DNA of 64,000 bases, taken from positions 1 to 64,000 of the forward strand of contig NW_021832998.1 of the NCBI RefSeq assembly GCF_006345805.1. Direction: 5' to 3'. The position numbers and the translations under genes were made by a program. This document shows, one piece after another, positions 1-11,315 of the stretch. The notes beneath the pieces are model-generated. The model was not told where the DNA came from. It did no database searches and was given only the letters and a program-made list of their open reading frames with translations. Each line of letters starts with the position of its first letter. Position 1 is the stretch's first letter. Source of the DNA: Octopus sinensis. Its lineage: Eukaryota.

Positions 1-466
1 TTTAAAATACCTTCAAAACTGCCATCTGCAAAGCAAACATCTTGCAAATTCTTTCCTCTCCTGAAATTCATTTGGTCTTTTTGACCCAGAAACAGAAGAT
101 TATCCACCATCTTTGTAGAATTCTCCTATGCTTTTAATTTCCAATGAAGATGGCACTGTAAGCAGTGCTCACATTTGTGCTGGAAACATTTGCACTTGCT
201 GTCACTTTTTTTTTACAGCTCTGTAATTCACACTCCTTGCAATTACTCATCGAAAACTTCCTCTTTTCAGTCAAATATCATATGTGTTCAGCATTGTCCT
301 ACCTACAATATATAACTTTCTCAACTTGACTGGGTACACTGTGTCTCATTCTCACTCTCTCTCTCTCTACATACATACATACATACAAACATACATGTGT
401 ACATACATACATATATACATACACACATGTGAGTCCACTGCCCTAACCACTGGGCCATTGCACCTC

Positions 467-508
<42 letters not shown>

Positions 509-553
509 TCATCATCATTTAATGTCCGTTTATATGCTAGCATGGGTTGGACG

Positions 554-590
<37 letters not shown>

Positions 591-749
591 GGAAAGTTTA
601 CGAAAATAAACAAAAGACGAAGGCAGGTGGAGTATAAACAAACAAATGTATTAGTATAGCGCTCAGGAATAGAAAAAGTCTTTTATATATACATATTGTT
701 ACAATATCATAAATCAGAAGAGCATACCTATAAAATATAGAGTAGTTGT

Positions 750-998
750 TTATCTTTGTATGTGTAATGTAATAGTTTAGAAAAAAAAAACCCATTGGTT
801 TCATATCTAGTGTGAACTAGACACCTCTTCAATTTTTCTAAATGATAACCAAGGAATATTTCCTGAACTATCACTGGTGTTCTTGTATTTAAAAAAAAAA
901 ACATTCTTTGCAGAGGGCAGTTATTGTTTAGAAAAACTGAAGAGATGACGAGTTCACGCTAGATATGAAACCAATAGTTTTTTCCCTAAACTATTATG

Positions 999-1005
<7 letters not shown>
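750..1005. mobile_element. Penelope-like inverted-repeat remnant with two hammerhead motifs (duplicate at about 15570-15805)
   Basis: Arms of about 85 bp (about 760-850 and 920-1005) are reverse complements, and each contains a CTGAAGA/TTGAAGA..GAAA hammerhead core. Confidence 0.6.
926..991 (+). ncRNA. Degenerate minimal type-I hammerhead ribozyme motif (second copy at 15725-15790)
   Basis: Stem I GTTTAG-AAAAA / TTTTT-cc-CTAAAC, core CTGAAGA 937-943, GAAA 967-970. Stem II is better preserved in the minus-strand copy at 776-842 (GTGTCTAG/CTAGATAT). Confidence 0.5.
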
Positions 1006-1050
<45 letters not shown>

Positions 1051-1437
1051 TTATATACTAGCTGTTGGACCTGGCATTGCTTGTGTTTACCGTGTTGAAG
1101 TTAAGCCCACCTCTAACCTTGTATTGAATAACCATTTCCTCAGAGACTATTCTATTGATGTTGTTGAAATTTTATATGTGAAAATATGCAAAAGCTGCAG
1201 GAAAAAATAACATAGTTATGGGAATTTCCACTCAAACACCTGATTGAGCTCAGAGAAATCGATGCCACCTGAGCATTTGTGAGTTTTTGAAAAATTCTGG
1301 CCTCATTTGAACTTCAGGGCATGTGATTTACCTATGTGCCAAAAATCATTAAAATCGGTTGGATGGTGTGGGAGGAGTTAGAGTAACTCCAAACACACAG
1401 ACAGACAGACAGACTCCATTACATATTTATGTGTGTG

Positions 1438-1487
<50 letters not shown>

Positions 1488-1676
1488 TATATATATATCA
1501 TCATCGTTTAATGTCCGTTTTCCATGTTGGCATGGGTTGGACGGTTCAACTGGGGTTTAGGAAGCCAGGAGGCTGCACCAGACTCCAATCTGATCTGGCT
1601 ATGTTTCTACAGCTGGATGCCTTTCCTAATGCCAACCATTCCAGAGGGGACTAGCAATATATATATATATATGTAT

Positions 1677-1984
1677 AACCGTGATCACCGTGACCGACCG
1701 GGCTATCAGATGTTGCTACCCATCGCTGGTCACAATGCGCTTCGCATTGTTTTAGCCTTCAAATGACGCCACCCCGCTGGCTAAGCGAGGAGGCCAACAG
1801 AAGAAAGTGTGAGAGAAAGTTGCGGCGAAAGAGTACAGCAGAGATCGCCACGACCCCCTGTTGGAGCCTCGTGGAGCTTTTAGGTGTTTTCGCTCAATAA
1901 AAACTCACAACATCCGGTCTGGGAATCGAAACTGCGATCCTACAACCGCGAGTCCGCTGCCCTAACCACTGGGCCATTGCGCCT

Positions 1985-1986
<2 letters not shown>
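1677..1986 (-). mobile_element. tRNA-derived SINE, family D (also 8920-9075 +, 9544-9831 -, 16471-16780 -, 23921-24095 +, 24505-24791 -, 29679-29984 -)
   Basis: Head GGAGGCGCAATGGCCCAGTGGTTAGGGCAG (A box) and TTTCGATTCCC (B box); about 310-bp conserved body in several copies. Confidence 0.85.
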
Positions 1987-2070
<84 letters not shown>

Positions 2071-2189
2071 ATCCTATATACTGACTCACTCTGACTATAT
2101 GCACTGTCTTATCCAGTCTATACACCCTGTATCTTATCCTCTTCTCTATATACGCTATTTGATATTTCTCTTTTTGTTTTTATTTCTAG

Positions 2190-2636
2190 GCAGAACCAAA
2201 ACCCCGCCTTCCTTCTAGTGATGTGAAACAACTTGGCGAAACTTTTGCATCTTGGTTTTATAAATTGTTTAACTCAGGAACTGAATCTGGTTTGAAAGAT
2301 TAGTTTTGGCCCCGATGTTCCTTACATTTACTGTTGATATCTGAAGGGATAGATGAAGAAAGGACAGAGGGTGCTGATCTGGTCGCATGTAGACTAAAAA
2401 GATTAGTGAGCAAAGAGAACTTGCATTTCAATGCCAACATCACCGGTGGTGGTGTTACGAGTCAAGGTGAGAGTTTTGGTATTGTGTGTGTTCTGGTTCG
2501 CGGTACGGTTCACAAAGGGGATCATGTCTTGGGACTTTTCGAACAGAAGTTTGATTTGCTCAGGGATCCTTTGTCAGCAAACAACTGGAAGATAGCGCAT
2601 GTTTCACTAAAAGTTTGTGGCAAAGAGTGCCATTAG
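2190..2636 (+). pseudogene. C3orf38: C3orf38-like terminal exon (copy 0; upstream exons lie before the window), in-frame TAG at 2301-2303
   Basis: Acceptor tttctag|GCA. Translation AEPKPRLPSSDVKQLGETFASWFYKLFNS..LKD*FWP..VRGTVHKGDHVLGLFEQKFDLLRDPLSANNWKIAHVSLKV matches the C3orf38 C-terminal motifs as recalled (LGEEFCHWFF, HFW, GTVH..LGIFEQ.FGL.R.P...N.WKI). Confidence 0.85.
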
Positions 2637-2989
2637 ACAACCAAGTTTCTGAGATTCTTCTGGACATGTAGAAAAAACACCAAAAAACAAAAGCAAAAAT
2701 CATTTTGTTTATGACCAAAATTGATATTATATGCAAGGAAATTATACCATATTAAAATTATCCATTGAGACTTCTAATAAATGCTTCATTGAACATCAAA
2801 CTAAATGTTTTCTGCTTTTCACATTTTCTTCTATTTCATCATCATCTTCATCATCATCATCATCATCATTTAGGCATTTACTTTTCCATGCTTGGATGGG
2901 TGACACAGAATTTGTTGAAGCAGATCAAAAATCAATGGAAATTGCAGTTGTGATACCAGTGCTGGTGGCACGTAAAAGATCCATCCGAA

Positions 2990-3262
2990 TGTGGCCGCTG
3001 CCAGCTCCGCCTTGACTGGCCTCCGTGCCGGTGGCACGTAAAAAGCACCAACCGATCATGGCCACTGCCAGCCTCCCCTGGCACGTAAAAAGCACCCACT
3101 ACACTCACGGAGTGGTTGGCGTTAGGAAGGGCATCCAGCTGTAGAAACACTGCCAGATCAGACTGGAGCCTGGTGGGTGCAGCCTCCCAGCTTCCCGACC
3201 CCGGTCGAACCGTCCAACCCGTGTTAGCATGGAAAATGGACGTTAAACGATGATGATGATGA
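2990..3262 (+). mobile_element. Retroposon family E 3' part with internal GGTGGCACGTAAAAAGCACC repeats and (ATG)n tail (also about 6860-7215 -, 12780-12935 -, 13480-13885 +, and array duplicates)
   Basis: Recurrent 3' end GGTTGGCGTTAGGAAGGGCATCCAGCTGTAGAAAC...GGACGTTAAACGATGATGATG. Confidence 0.75.
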
Positions 3263-3561
3263 GATACCTTTCCTGTTATTCACACTCACTCACCTGTTTC
3301 CAATAGAGATAATTTTTCCTCATTTCCAGATATATTTTCATGTATGTTTTGGCATGCTTTTTACAACTGGATGTCCATGTGGCTGTCCCTCTCGACATGT
3401 AGCATAAAGTGAACTCTTTCTTTACCACAGTTCTACTCAATCAAAGGGACTTTTTCCTTGTCTTCCAAGTTACTTGGAAACTTCACCAGTGATGGTACTA
3501 TGAAAAAAAAAAAATAAAAAACAAGTATCCTGTACCTTCCGTAAAGTCGGAAAGAATATCC

Positions 3562-4232
3562 GGGGCTAATGCAGCTTTGCACCTCTCTTTGAAAAATACA
3601 TTTTTTTGAAAAGTTTTTTTTGCAGATTCCTACGTTAGATGTTAGAGATTATGAATATGAAAAAAAAAAAAAAAAAAAAATTCAACTCCCCTCCAACCCC
3701 CACCCTGAAATTTAGAACTTTTTCGAAATATTTTTTCCGCTGTGTTTTAGATGATGGAGATTCCAGATATGCAAGAAACCAAGTTTTCTAAATTTTAAAT
3801 TCAATATATAGATAGGTGTATAAAGAGATAGACCTGAATGTCTTCCTGGGGCTAAAAACAACAGCAACACAGTCTTCTATAAGAGCGTCACCTTTAGTTG
3901 ACAACCCACCTCTCCTTGAAAAATGCACTTTTAAAAAAAAAAAAATTTTCTGATTCTTACGTTTTAGATATTGTAGATTACAAACGAATATGCAAAAAAA
4001 GAAATTTTCAAAATTTTACCCCCACCTAAAAATTTTGATTTTGTTTACTTTAAAGAGATCATAGTGAACTGACTAACATATGCAAATCGTAATTAAATCG
4101 AAATTAAATCCACACGAAAAAAATTTTTTTTTTGTATATTTGTAATCTCCGACATGTAAAACAGGAATCTGAAAAATATCTTTTCGAAAAAAATGCATTT
4201 TTCGAGGAGAGGTGCGAAACTGCATTAGTCCC
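3562..4232. mobile_element. Non-autonomous DNA transposon with long TIRs and 8-bp TSD (copies 18344-19015, 31620-32265)
   Basis: TIRs GGGGCTAATGCAGCTTTGCACCTCTC.. / ..GAGAGGTGCGAAACTGCATTAGTCCC, over 50 bp and imperfect. Exact TSD GAATATCC at 3554-3561 and 4233-4240. Superfamily not assigned (hAT, P and Merlin all give 8 bp). Confidence 0.85.
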
Positions 4233-5391
4233 GAATATCCAGCCACAGAAATCATACCAAAGCAGGCATTGGAGTGGGATGCTGTCAAACTGTTTCAACC
4301 CATCTAGCATAGAAGACAAACATTAAATGGTTATGATGATAATGACAACGACAACGATGATTCAACACACACACACACAATAGGCTTCATACAGTTTCTG
4401 TCTTCCAGATTGACTTAAATTACTCTTGGTTAATGCTGGAATACTGTTGGAGACACTTGCTTAAAATACTGTGCAGTAGAACTGAACCTATTTCTTTACT
4501 GCCCACAAGGGGCTAAAATCGACCCCAGTGCGTAACTGGTACTTAATTTATCGACCCCGAAAGGATGAAAGGCAAAGTCGACCTCGGCAAAATTTGAACT
4601 CAGAACGCAACGGCAGACGAAATACAGCTGAGCATTTCGTCCGGCGTGCTAACAATTCTGCCAGCTCACCTCCTTAGTAGAACCGAACCTGAGACCATCT
4701 GGTTGAGAAGTTAATTTCTTAATAGCGTCGCCACGTCTAAACACCGAGAACAGGTGAATCCAAGCAAGATTGTGGATGGAACTAACTTTTCCCGACAGAG
4801 TCTCATATTCTTTTATGCTTCTGTTCGTTTCAGTATCAAATCTGATACATATTCTATCAGTTTCTTTTTTGCCAAACTGCTAAGTCATGGAAATGTAGAG
4901 AAACTCACGCTGGTTGAGTCAAAAATATATATATATATATATATCAACCATTTTATGCTGCCACCGTCGTCATCATCATCATCATCATCATTTTAATGTC
5001 TTCTTTTCCTTGCTTGCATGGATCAGACGGAATTTATTGAGGAAGATTTTCTAAGTCACATGTTGTTCCTGTCATCAACCTTCATTTATTTTCAAGCAAG
5101 GTAGTATTTCCCGACGGCCTGATATGTTTTTGTGGAGGCTGTGTGGTAAGAAGCTTGCTTCCAAACCACACGGTTCCGGGGTCAGTCCCACTGCGTGGCA
5201 CCTCGGGCAAGTGTCTTCTACTATAGCTGTGAGTGGATTTGGTAGACGAAAACTGAAAGAAGCCCGTCGTGTATGTATGTATATATATATATATATATAT
5301 AGGGAGAGTTCACGAAAAAAACAAAAGACGAAGACAGGTGGTGTAGAAAACAAACAGATGTATTAGTATAACGCTCAGGAATAGAAAAAGT

Positions 5392-5427
5392 CTTTTACGT
5401 TTCAAGCCTATGCTCTTCTACAGAAAG
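5392..5427 (-). ncRNA. Variant minimal hammerhead motif with CUGUAGA core (copies 20312-20347; related CUGUUGA copy 48741-48775)
   Basis: Minus strand reads CTTT CTGTAGA A GAGC atag GCTT GAAA C GTA AAAG: stem I CTTT/AAAG, stem II GAGC/GCTT, non-consensus U at core position 6. Confidence 0.45.
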
Positions 5428-6231
5428 GGACTCAGAAAAAAAATGTGTAGTGGCCACCGATCTATCACGGAGATTATATATATATGTATATATTTGTGCG
5501 TCTGTGTTTGTCTCCCACCATCGCGTGACAACCGACGTTGGTGTGTTTACATTCCCGTAGCTTAGCTGTTGGGCAAAAGAGACCGATAGAATAAGTACCA
5601 GGCTTACAAAGAATAAGTCGTGGGGTCGATTCCTTCGACTAAAAGGCGGTGCTCCAGCATGGCCGCAGTCAAATGACTGAAACAGGTAAAAGAAAAGCAA
5701 AAGAACAATGTATGAAGCCGAGACAGATGTACTAACATCACGTCATGCAACAAGCTTCTGCTGATAAATATCTAAGGGAAATAATTCAATATTAATATGC
5801 AATTAGTTATGTCCCTTACAAAATCCTTTTTCGATTTCCGTTTATTCTTTTTAGTCGTGGCATCTCAATGCTCAAATGTACTTTATTTTATCGACCAGGA
5901 AAGGACGAACGGTAAAGTCGATTCAGCGGAATTTGAACTTAGAAGATAGAGAGCCAGAAGATATTCCAGCAAGGTGCCACTGCAAGGCACGTACCAGCTC
6001 GTCTTCAAACTTGTAATAATGGTTTCTGATATAGACACATACGCGACTGTTTTGAGGAGAGGGCAGGTGATATAATCGATCTCAGTATCGATCAGGAAGG
6101 AACTAAATATAAATTCGATCTCGGCGGGATTTGAACTTAGAACGTTAAGAATCAGAACAAATACTGCAAAGTTACTGTTATCCAAAAGGCACGTTTCCAC
6201 ATGCATCTATTGTGTTATATTCACTTCTAAG

Positions 6232-6470
6232 ACGAGCTGGCAGAAAGGTTAGCACGCCGGGCGAAATGCGTAGCCGTATTTCGTCTGTCTTTACGTTCTG
6301 AGTTCAAATTCCGCCGAGGTCGACTTTGCCTTTCATCCTTTCGGGGTCGATTAAATAAGTACCAGTTACGCACTGGGGTCGATGTAATCGACTTAATCCG
6401 TTTGTCTGTCCTTGTTTGTCCTCTCTGTGTTTAGCCACTTGTGGGTAGTAAAGAAATAGGTATTTATAAA
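6232..6470 (+). mobile_element. tRNA-derived SINE, family A (more than 25 full or partial copies in the window on both strands)
   Basis: A box GGCGAGCTGGCAG, B box GAGTTCAAATTCC, conserved core GCCGAGGTCGACTTTGCCTTTCATCCTTTCGGGGTCGAT. Confidence 0.9.
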
Positions 6471-7745
6471 TAACTCCGCCATCTCGGCATCAACTTCAAA
6501 CTTTTAATAATAATAATGGACAGAAAGCTGCGAGTTGGCAGAACCGTAAGCACGCCAGGCGAAATGCGTAGCCGTATATCGTCTGCCGTTACGTTCTGAG
6601 TTCAAATTCCGCCGAGGTCGACTTTGCCTTTCATCCTCCTTCGGAGTGGATTAAATAAGTACCAGTTACGCACACTGGTAGATATAATCGACTTAATCCG
6701 TTTGTCTGTCCTTGTTTCTCCCCTTGTGTGCGCGTGACGGGCTTCTTTTAGTTTCCGTCTACCAAATCCCACTTTGGTCGGCCTGAGCCTGTAGTAGAAG
6801 ATACTTGCTCAAGGTGCCACGCAAAGTGAAACTGAACTCAGAATCAAGCATCTCACCACATCATCATCATCATTTAACGTCCGTTTTCCATGCTGGTATG
6901 GGTTGGATGGTTTGACTGAGGACTGGAAAACCAGGAGGCCGCACAAGGCTCCAATCCGATCTGGCAATGTTTCTACAGCTGGATGCCCTTCCTAACACCA
7001 ACCATTCCGATATTGTAGTGGGTGCTTTTTACGTGCCACCGACACAGGAGCTAGTCAGGCGGCACTAGCATCGGTCACGTTCGGATGGTACTTTTGACGT
7101 GTCACTGGCACAGGAGCAAGTCGGAGTGGGGTACTGGCATCGACGACGTTCGGATGGTGCGTTTTACGTGACAGCGGCACGGGGAGCCAGTCTCGCGGCA
7201 CTGACAACGACCCACGCATGAATACTTACAATTTCCATTTTTGATTTCGAAATTGTTTCAAACACAACACGAAGGAAGAAGAATTATATGGATGCAACGG
7301 CCAATCTGCAGTTTCGTTAATAAAGAGCAGCGAGCGAAACATTGCCATTATTAATTCGTGATCAGCAAAAAAAGCAGAATTAACTTTAAATAGAAACACC
7401 TGTTTACCATATTTTTTGTGTAGATACATAGTGAAAGGGCAAATTTACTGTTGTGTTCATCCGGAGATAGTCTCTCATATGCACTCGCTGTGTTAGTAAG
7501 CACAATATATATATATTTCTTTACTACCCACCAGGGGGCTAAACACAGAGAGGACAAACAAGGACAGACAAAGGGATTAAGTCGATTACATCGACCCCAG
7601 TGCGTAACTGGTACTTAATTTATCGACCCCGATAGAATAAGTACTGGGCTTACAAAGAATAAGTCCCGAGGTCGATTTGCTCGACTAAGGCGGTGCTCCA
7701 GCATGGTCGCAGTCAAATGACTGAGACAAGTAAAAAAAATATATA

Positions 7746-8143
7746 TCTCTATATATAAAAGAGAGGTTGTGTGTCTGTCTCCTACGATTTAGATTCCTAA
7801 CTACTCCCACATTTTGCGGTGCAGTTTAACCAAATCCGGGTATCTTATAGTCGTGATTCATATCGAGCCCTTCTGGGTATTAGCGCGCGGCTACGATGAG
7901 TCTACGATTTAAAAAATAATTTACCATCATTTTTTCCCGTTTTAATCCATCTTTTCGCTATTATATAAGGGAAGTAACTCTCTAAAAATGTCTACGATGA
8001 GTCAACGATTTAAAAAAAAATTTACCATAATTTTTTTTCCATTTTTAGTGCATTTTTTTGCTACTTTTTGGCTATAAATCTCTAAAAATGCTTATATAGT
8101 TATTTCCCTTACAAACCCGAGCAACGCCGGGCGATACTGCACG
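7746..8143 (+). mobile_element. Non-autonomous Helitron (duplicate 22747-23143)
   Basis: 5' TC start and subterminal hairpin CCCGAGCAACGCCGGG; terminal CTAG is mutated to CACG. Same family as 37420 and 49439. Confidence 0.7.
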
Positions 8144-8599
8144 TAAGCGAAAGCAGGATATTGCCGTCGCTCGTCTCTGTCTGTCTGTTCTCAAAATCAC
8201 TGAAAAACGACAGAATGGATTTTCGTCAAATTTAGCAGAAATGCTCATTGGGTGAGTGGCTCGAATTCATTGTTTTGGCTTGAATTTTTTCAAAATTGGC
8301 GGACAAGTGAATCAAAATGTTTTTTTCCCGACCTTTGTCACAAATACATAAATGATAAGCAGGGGAAATAACTCTTGATGTAATTTTGTTGAAAAATGAA
8401 TTCGTCTGAGAATATATTAAGTGAAATTATATTTTATTTTGTCCTTGTGTGAGCGTCGGGTATGCATCGCCCCTCCAATGCCTTTTTGTTCGTTCCTTTT
8501 TATATCCCCTTGGAGCATTCAGGGAGGGTTAGTATCTTGTGAGTGGGGCTAGTCGCTAGTATGGACCCCATACTGTTGACACATCAAATAGCTGGAACA

Positions 8600-9480
8600 A
8601 TCTCAGACAAGGACACTGCACGGGATGATGGGCATTTGCTGGAAGGACAGTGTGACGAATCAAGAAGTACTGAGTCAATGTTGCTGAAGGCTCAGCGACG
8701 CTGGACTGGCCATGTCATCAGAATGACTGACAACCGTGTTACCCAGGCAGCTGTTGTGTGTTGAGCTCATGCAGGGCTCATGCAAAATGAGGAAAACCTA
8801 AACCGAGGTACAAAGACACTTTGAAAAGTAACCTCAAATGGAGAAGCATTGGAGCAGATGAGCTTGAGGCCTCTGCTGTCGACAGATCAGTCTCTCATCT
8901 CATGAGCAGCAGCTGCCGTGGAGGCACAATGGCCCAATGGTTAGGGCAGCGGACTCGCGGTTTCGATTCCCAGACTAAGCGTTGTGTGTGTTTATTGAGC
9001 GAAAATACGTAAAGCTCCACGAGGCTCTGGAAGGGGGTGGTGGTGACCCCTGTTGTACTCTTTCGCCACAACTTTCTCCCTGTTTCTTGTCCCCGACTTC
9101 CTACGCAACCGCTGAGCCTGGATGTGCATTCATCCATCCGTCAATGCTCTCGGTGTCGGGGGTTAACCTGCTTTCTCTTCTGCGGGTCTTACGAATAGCA
9201 AAGGACCACGTTTCGGACTTCTCCCATCTTGCGAGCTCTGGGACGAAGACCGTTCGCTCAACTGCAACAGCAGCAGCTGCCTTTGAAGAGGATCGGTAAC
9301 AGAATCTTGATGCTGCAAGAAAACGACATCACAGGGCAGTATCTGCCTCAATCAAGTCAACAGACTATTGCTGTGACATCCGTGGGCGCCAGTGTGCCTC
9401 CAGATTTGTACTGCAGGGTCATGACCACTCTCATTGCTGAGAACACAGACTTTGTCATCATCAGGCACTGATGGACTACC
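8600..9480 (+). mobile_element. RTE-clade LINE 3' remnant interrupted by a family-D SINE head (duplicate about 23600-24440)
   Basis: Translations LLKAQRRWTGHVIRMTDNR, PRYKDTLKSNLKW and AAAFEEDR..YCCDIRGRQCASRFVLQGH match the RTE post-RT region and C-terminal zinc-finger-like motif. Confidence 0.8.
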
Positions 9481-9830
9481 TATTATATGTATATGTGTGT
9501 ATGTGTATATATATATATTATGTGTGTGTGTGTATATATATATATCACCGTGACCGACCAGGCTATCAGATGTTGCTACACATCGCTGGTCACAATGCGC
9601 TTCGCATTGTTTTAGCCTTCAAATGACGCCACCCTGCTGGCTAAGCGAGCAGGCCAACAGAAGAAAGAGTGAGAGAAAGTTGTGGCGAAAGAGTACAGCA
9701 GGGTTCGCCACCACCCCCTGCCGGAACCTCGTGGGGCTTTAGGTATTTTCGCTCAATAAACACTCACAATGCCCCGTCTGGGAATCGAAACCGCGATCCT
9801 GCTGCCCTAACCACTGGGCCATTGCGCCTC

Positions 9831-9862
<32 letters not shown>

Positions 9863-9869
9863 CATACAT

Positions 9870-10372
9870 GCGTAACTGGTATTTATTTAATCGACCCCGA
9901 AAGGATGAAAGGCAAAGTCGACCTCGGCGGAATTTGAACTCAGAACGTAACGGCAGACGAAATACCTATTTCTTTTACTACCCACAAGGGGCTAAACAAA
10001 GAGGGGACAAACAAGGACAGACAAACGGATTCAGTCGATTACATCGACCCCAGTGCGTAACTGGTACTTAATTTTTCGACCCCGAATGGATGAAAGGCAA
10101 AGTCCACCTCGGCGGAATTTGAACTCAGAACGTAACGGCAGACGAAATACTTATTTCTTTACTACCCACAAGGGGCTAAACACAGAGCGGACAAACACGG
10201 ACAGACAAACGGATTCAGTCGATTACATCGACCCCAGTGCGTAACTTGTACTTATTTAATCGACCCTGAAAGGATGAAAAGCAAAGTTGAACTCGGCGGT
10301 ATTTGAACTCAGGACGTAGTGGTAGACGAAATAGCGCTAAGCATTTCGCCCGGTGCGCTAACGATTCTGCCA
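9870..10372 (-). mobile_element. Family-A SINE concatemer (about 3 units)
   Basis: An approximately 190-bp unit repeated head-to-tail through a conserved TATTTCGTCTG junction. Confidence 0.85.
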
Positions 10373-10417
10373 CTCCTCCTGCCTTTGGTCCGAGATGTTT
10401 TCTTCAACCTAAACGAT

Positions 10418-10495
10418 GCCACCTGGTGGCTAACGCAATCTTAAATCTTGAGTTACCTCCACTTACCAACCATTTTCTTGGAAATATTTCCGGGT
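10418..10495. promoter_or_regulatory. Putative proximal promoter: CTCF-like palindrome GCCACCTGGTGGC (10418-10430) and ETS-like ATTTCCGGGT (10486-10495)
   Basis: Motif match only, 60-140 bp upstream of the ATG. Both are present upstream of copy 2 (GTCACCTGGTGGC at 25193-25205, ETS motif unchanged). Confidence 0.3.
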
Positions 10496-10555
10496 GTATT
10501 TGCTTTCACTTTGGATTGTTGCCGTTTCTCAGTTGAAGGAATTCAAAGACCAGCA

Positions 10556-10679
10556 ATGAATTTCACAGAAGCGGAGAAAAAAGATTGCTGTAATCTACTA
10601 AACCAATTAGATGACGAAGTCATTCTGTCGCTGACGAACACAGTCACCGGGAGATCCATCCAGGTCTCCAGTCGAAAAA
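10556..10679 (+). CDS. C3orf38: C3orf38-like copy 1, coding exon 1 (MNFTEAEKKDCCNLLNQLDDEVILSLTNTVTGRSIQVSSRK)
   Basis: ATG at 10556; donor A|GTAAAA at 10680 (phase 1) is compatible with the exon-2 acceptor. Resembles the C3orf38 N-terminus (GCRNLL..DTVT). Confidence 0.8.
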
Positions 10680-10962
10680 GTAAAAGAAGATTCTCTTTAT
10701 TTACATTTTACTTCCAAAACTCTCAGGCTTCGTCTTATCTTGTCTTATCGTCAGAGGATCAGGGACCTGGGGGAAATAATGATAATAATTATAATAATAA
10801 TAATAATTATTATTATTGCACTCTAAACGTTTTATTTATTGGAAGTTAAATTGTATTTCCGGTTATAGAGTGGCGAATGGGTTCGAATCCGTTGAGCGCT
10901 TAATCGGTCTCCAATGACCGAGTGTTGTATATATAGTGTGTGTGCGTGTATATATATTATAT

Positions 10963-11016
<54 letters not shown>

Positions 11017-11110
11017 TACCATGTGTACTTCGTAAACACCAGTCGTTTTTTTTTCTCCATCTCTTGTTGCCCACTTTGGGATCTTTCTTTCCTCTCTCTT
11101 CCTTCTTTAT

Positions 11111-11145
11111 GTTTCCGACGACGAGCTCCGCTCGAAACGTCATAC
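11111..11145 (+). ncRNA. Degenerate hammerhead motif in a Penelope-like fragment
   Basis: GTTT CCGACGA C GAGC tcc GCTC GAAA C GTC ATAC; core U4>C and one stem-I mismatch. Confidence 0.35.
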
Positions 11146-11315
11146 CTTCATGCTTCCATTTTTCCTGAGCGCCTATATTAATATAATACTGTAATTGTTC
11201 CACGTGTTGTTGTTTTTCTGTTTTCCCGTTGGATTAAAATTATACATATATATATATACATATATATATAATATTATATATACACATATATATATATACA
11301 TATATATACATATAT

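Noticed and set aside
10522-10533. TTTCTCAG acceptor-like site upstream of the ATG implying a 5'UTR exon
   Set aside because: No upstream donor or exon could be identified, and nearby promoter-like motifs fit a local start equally well.
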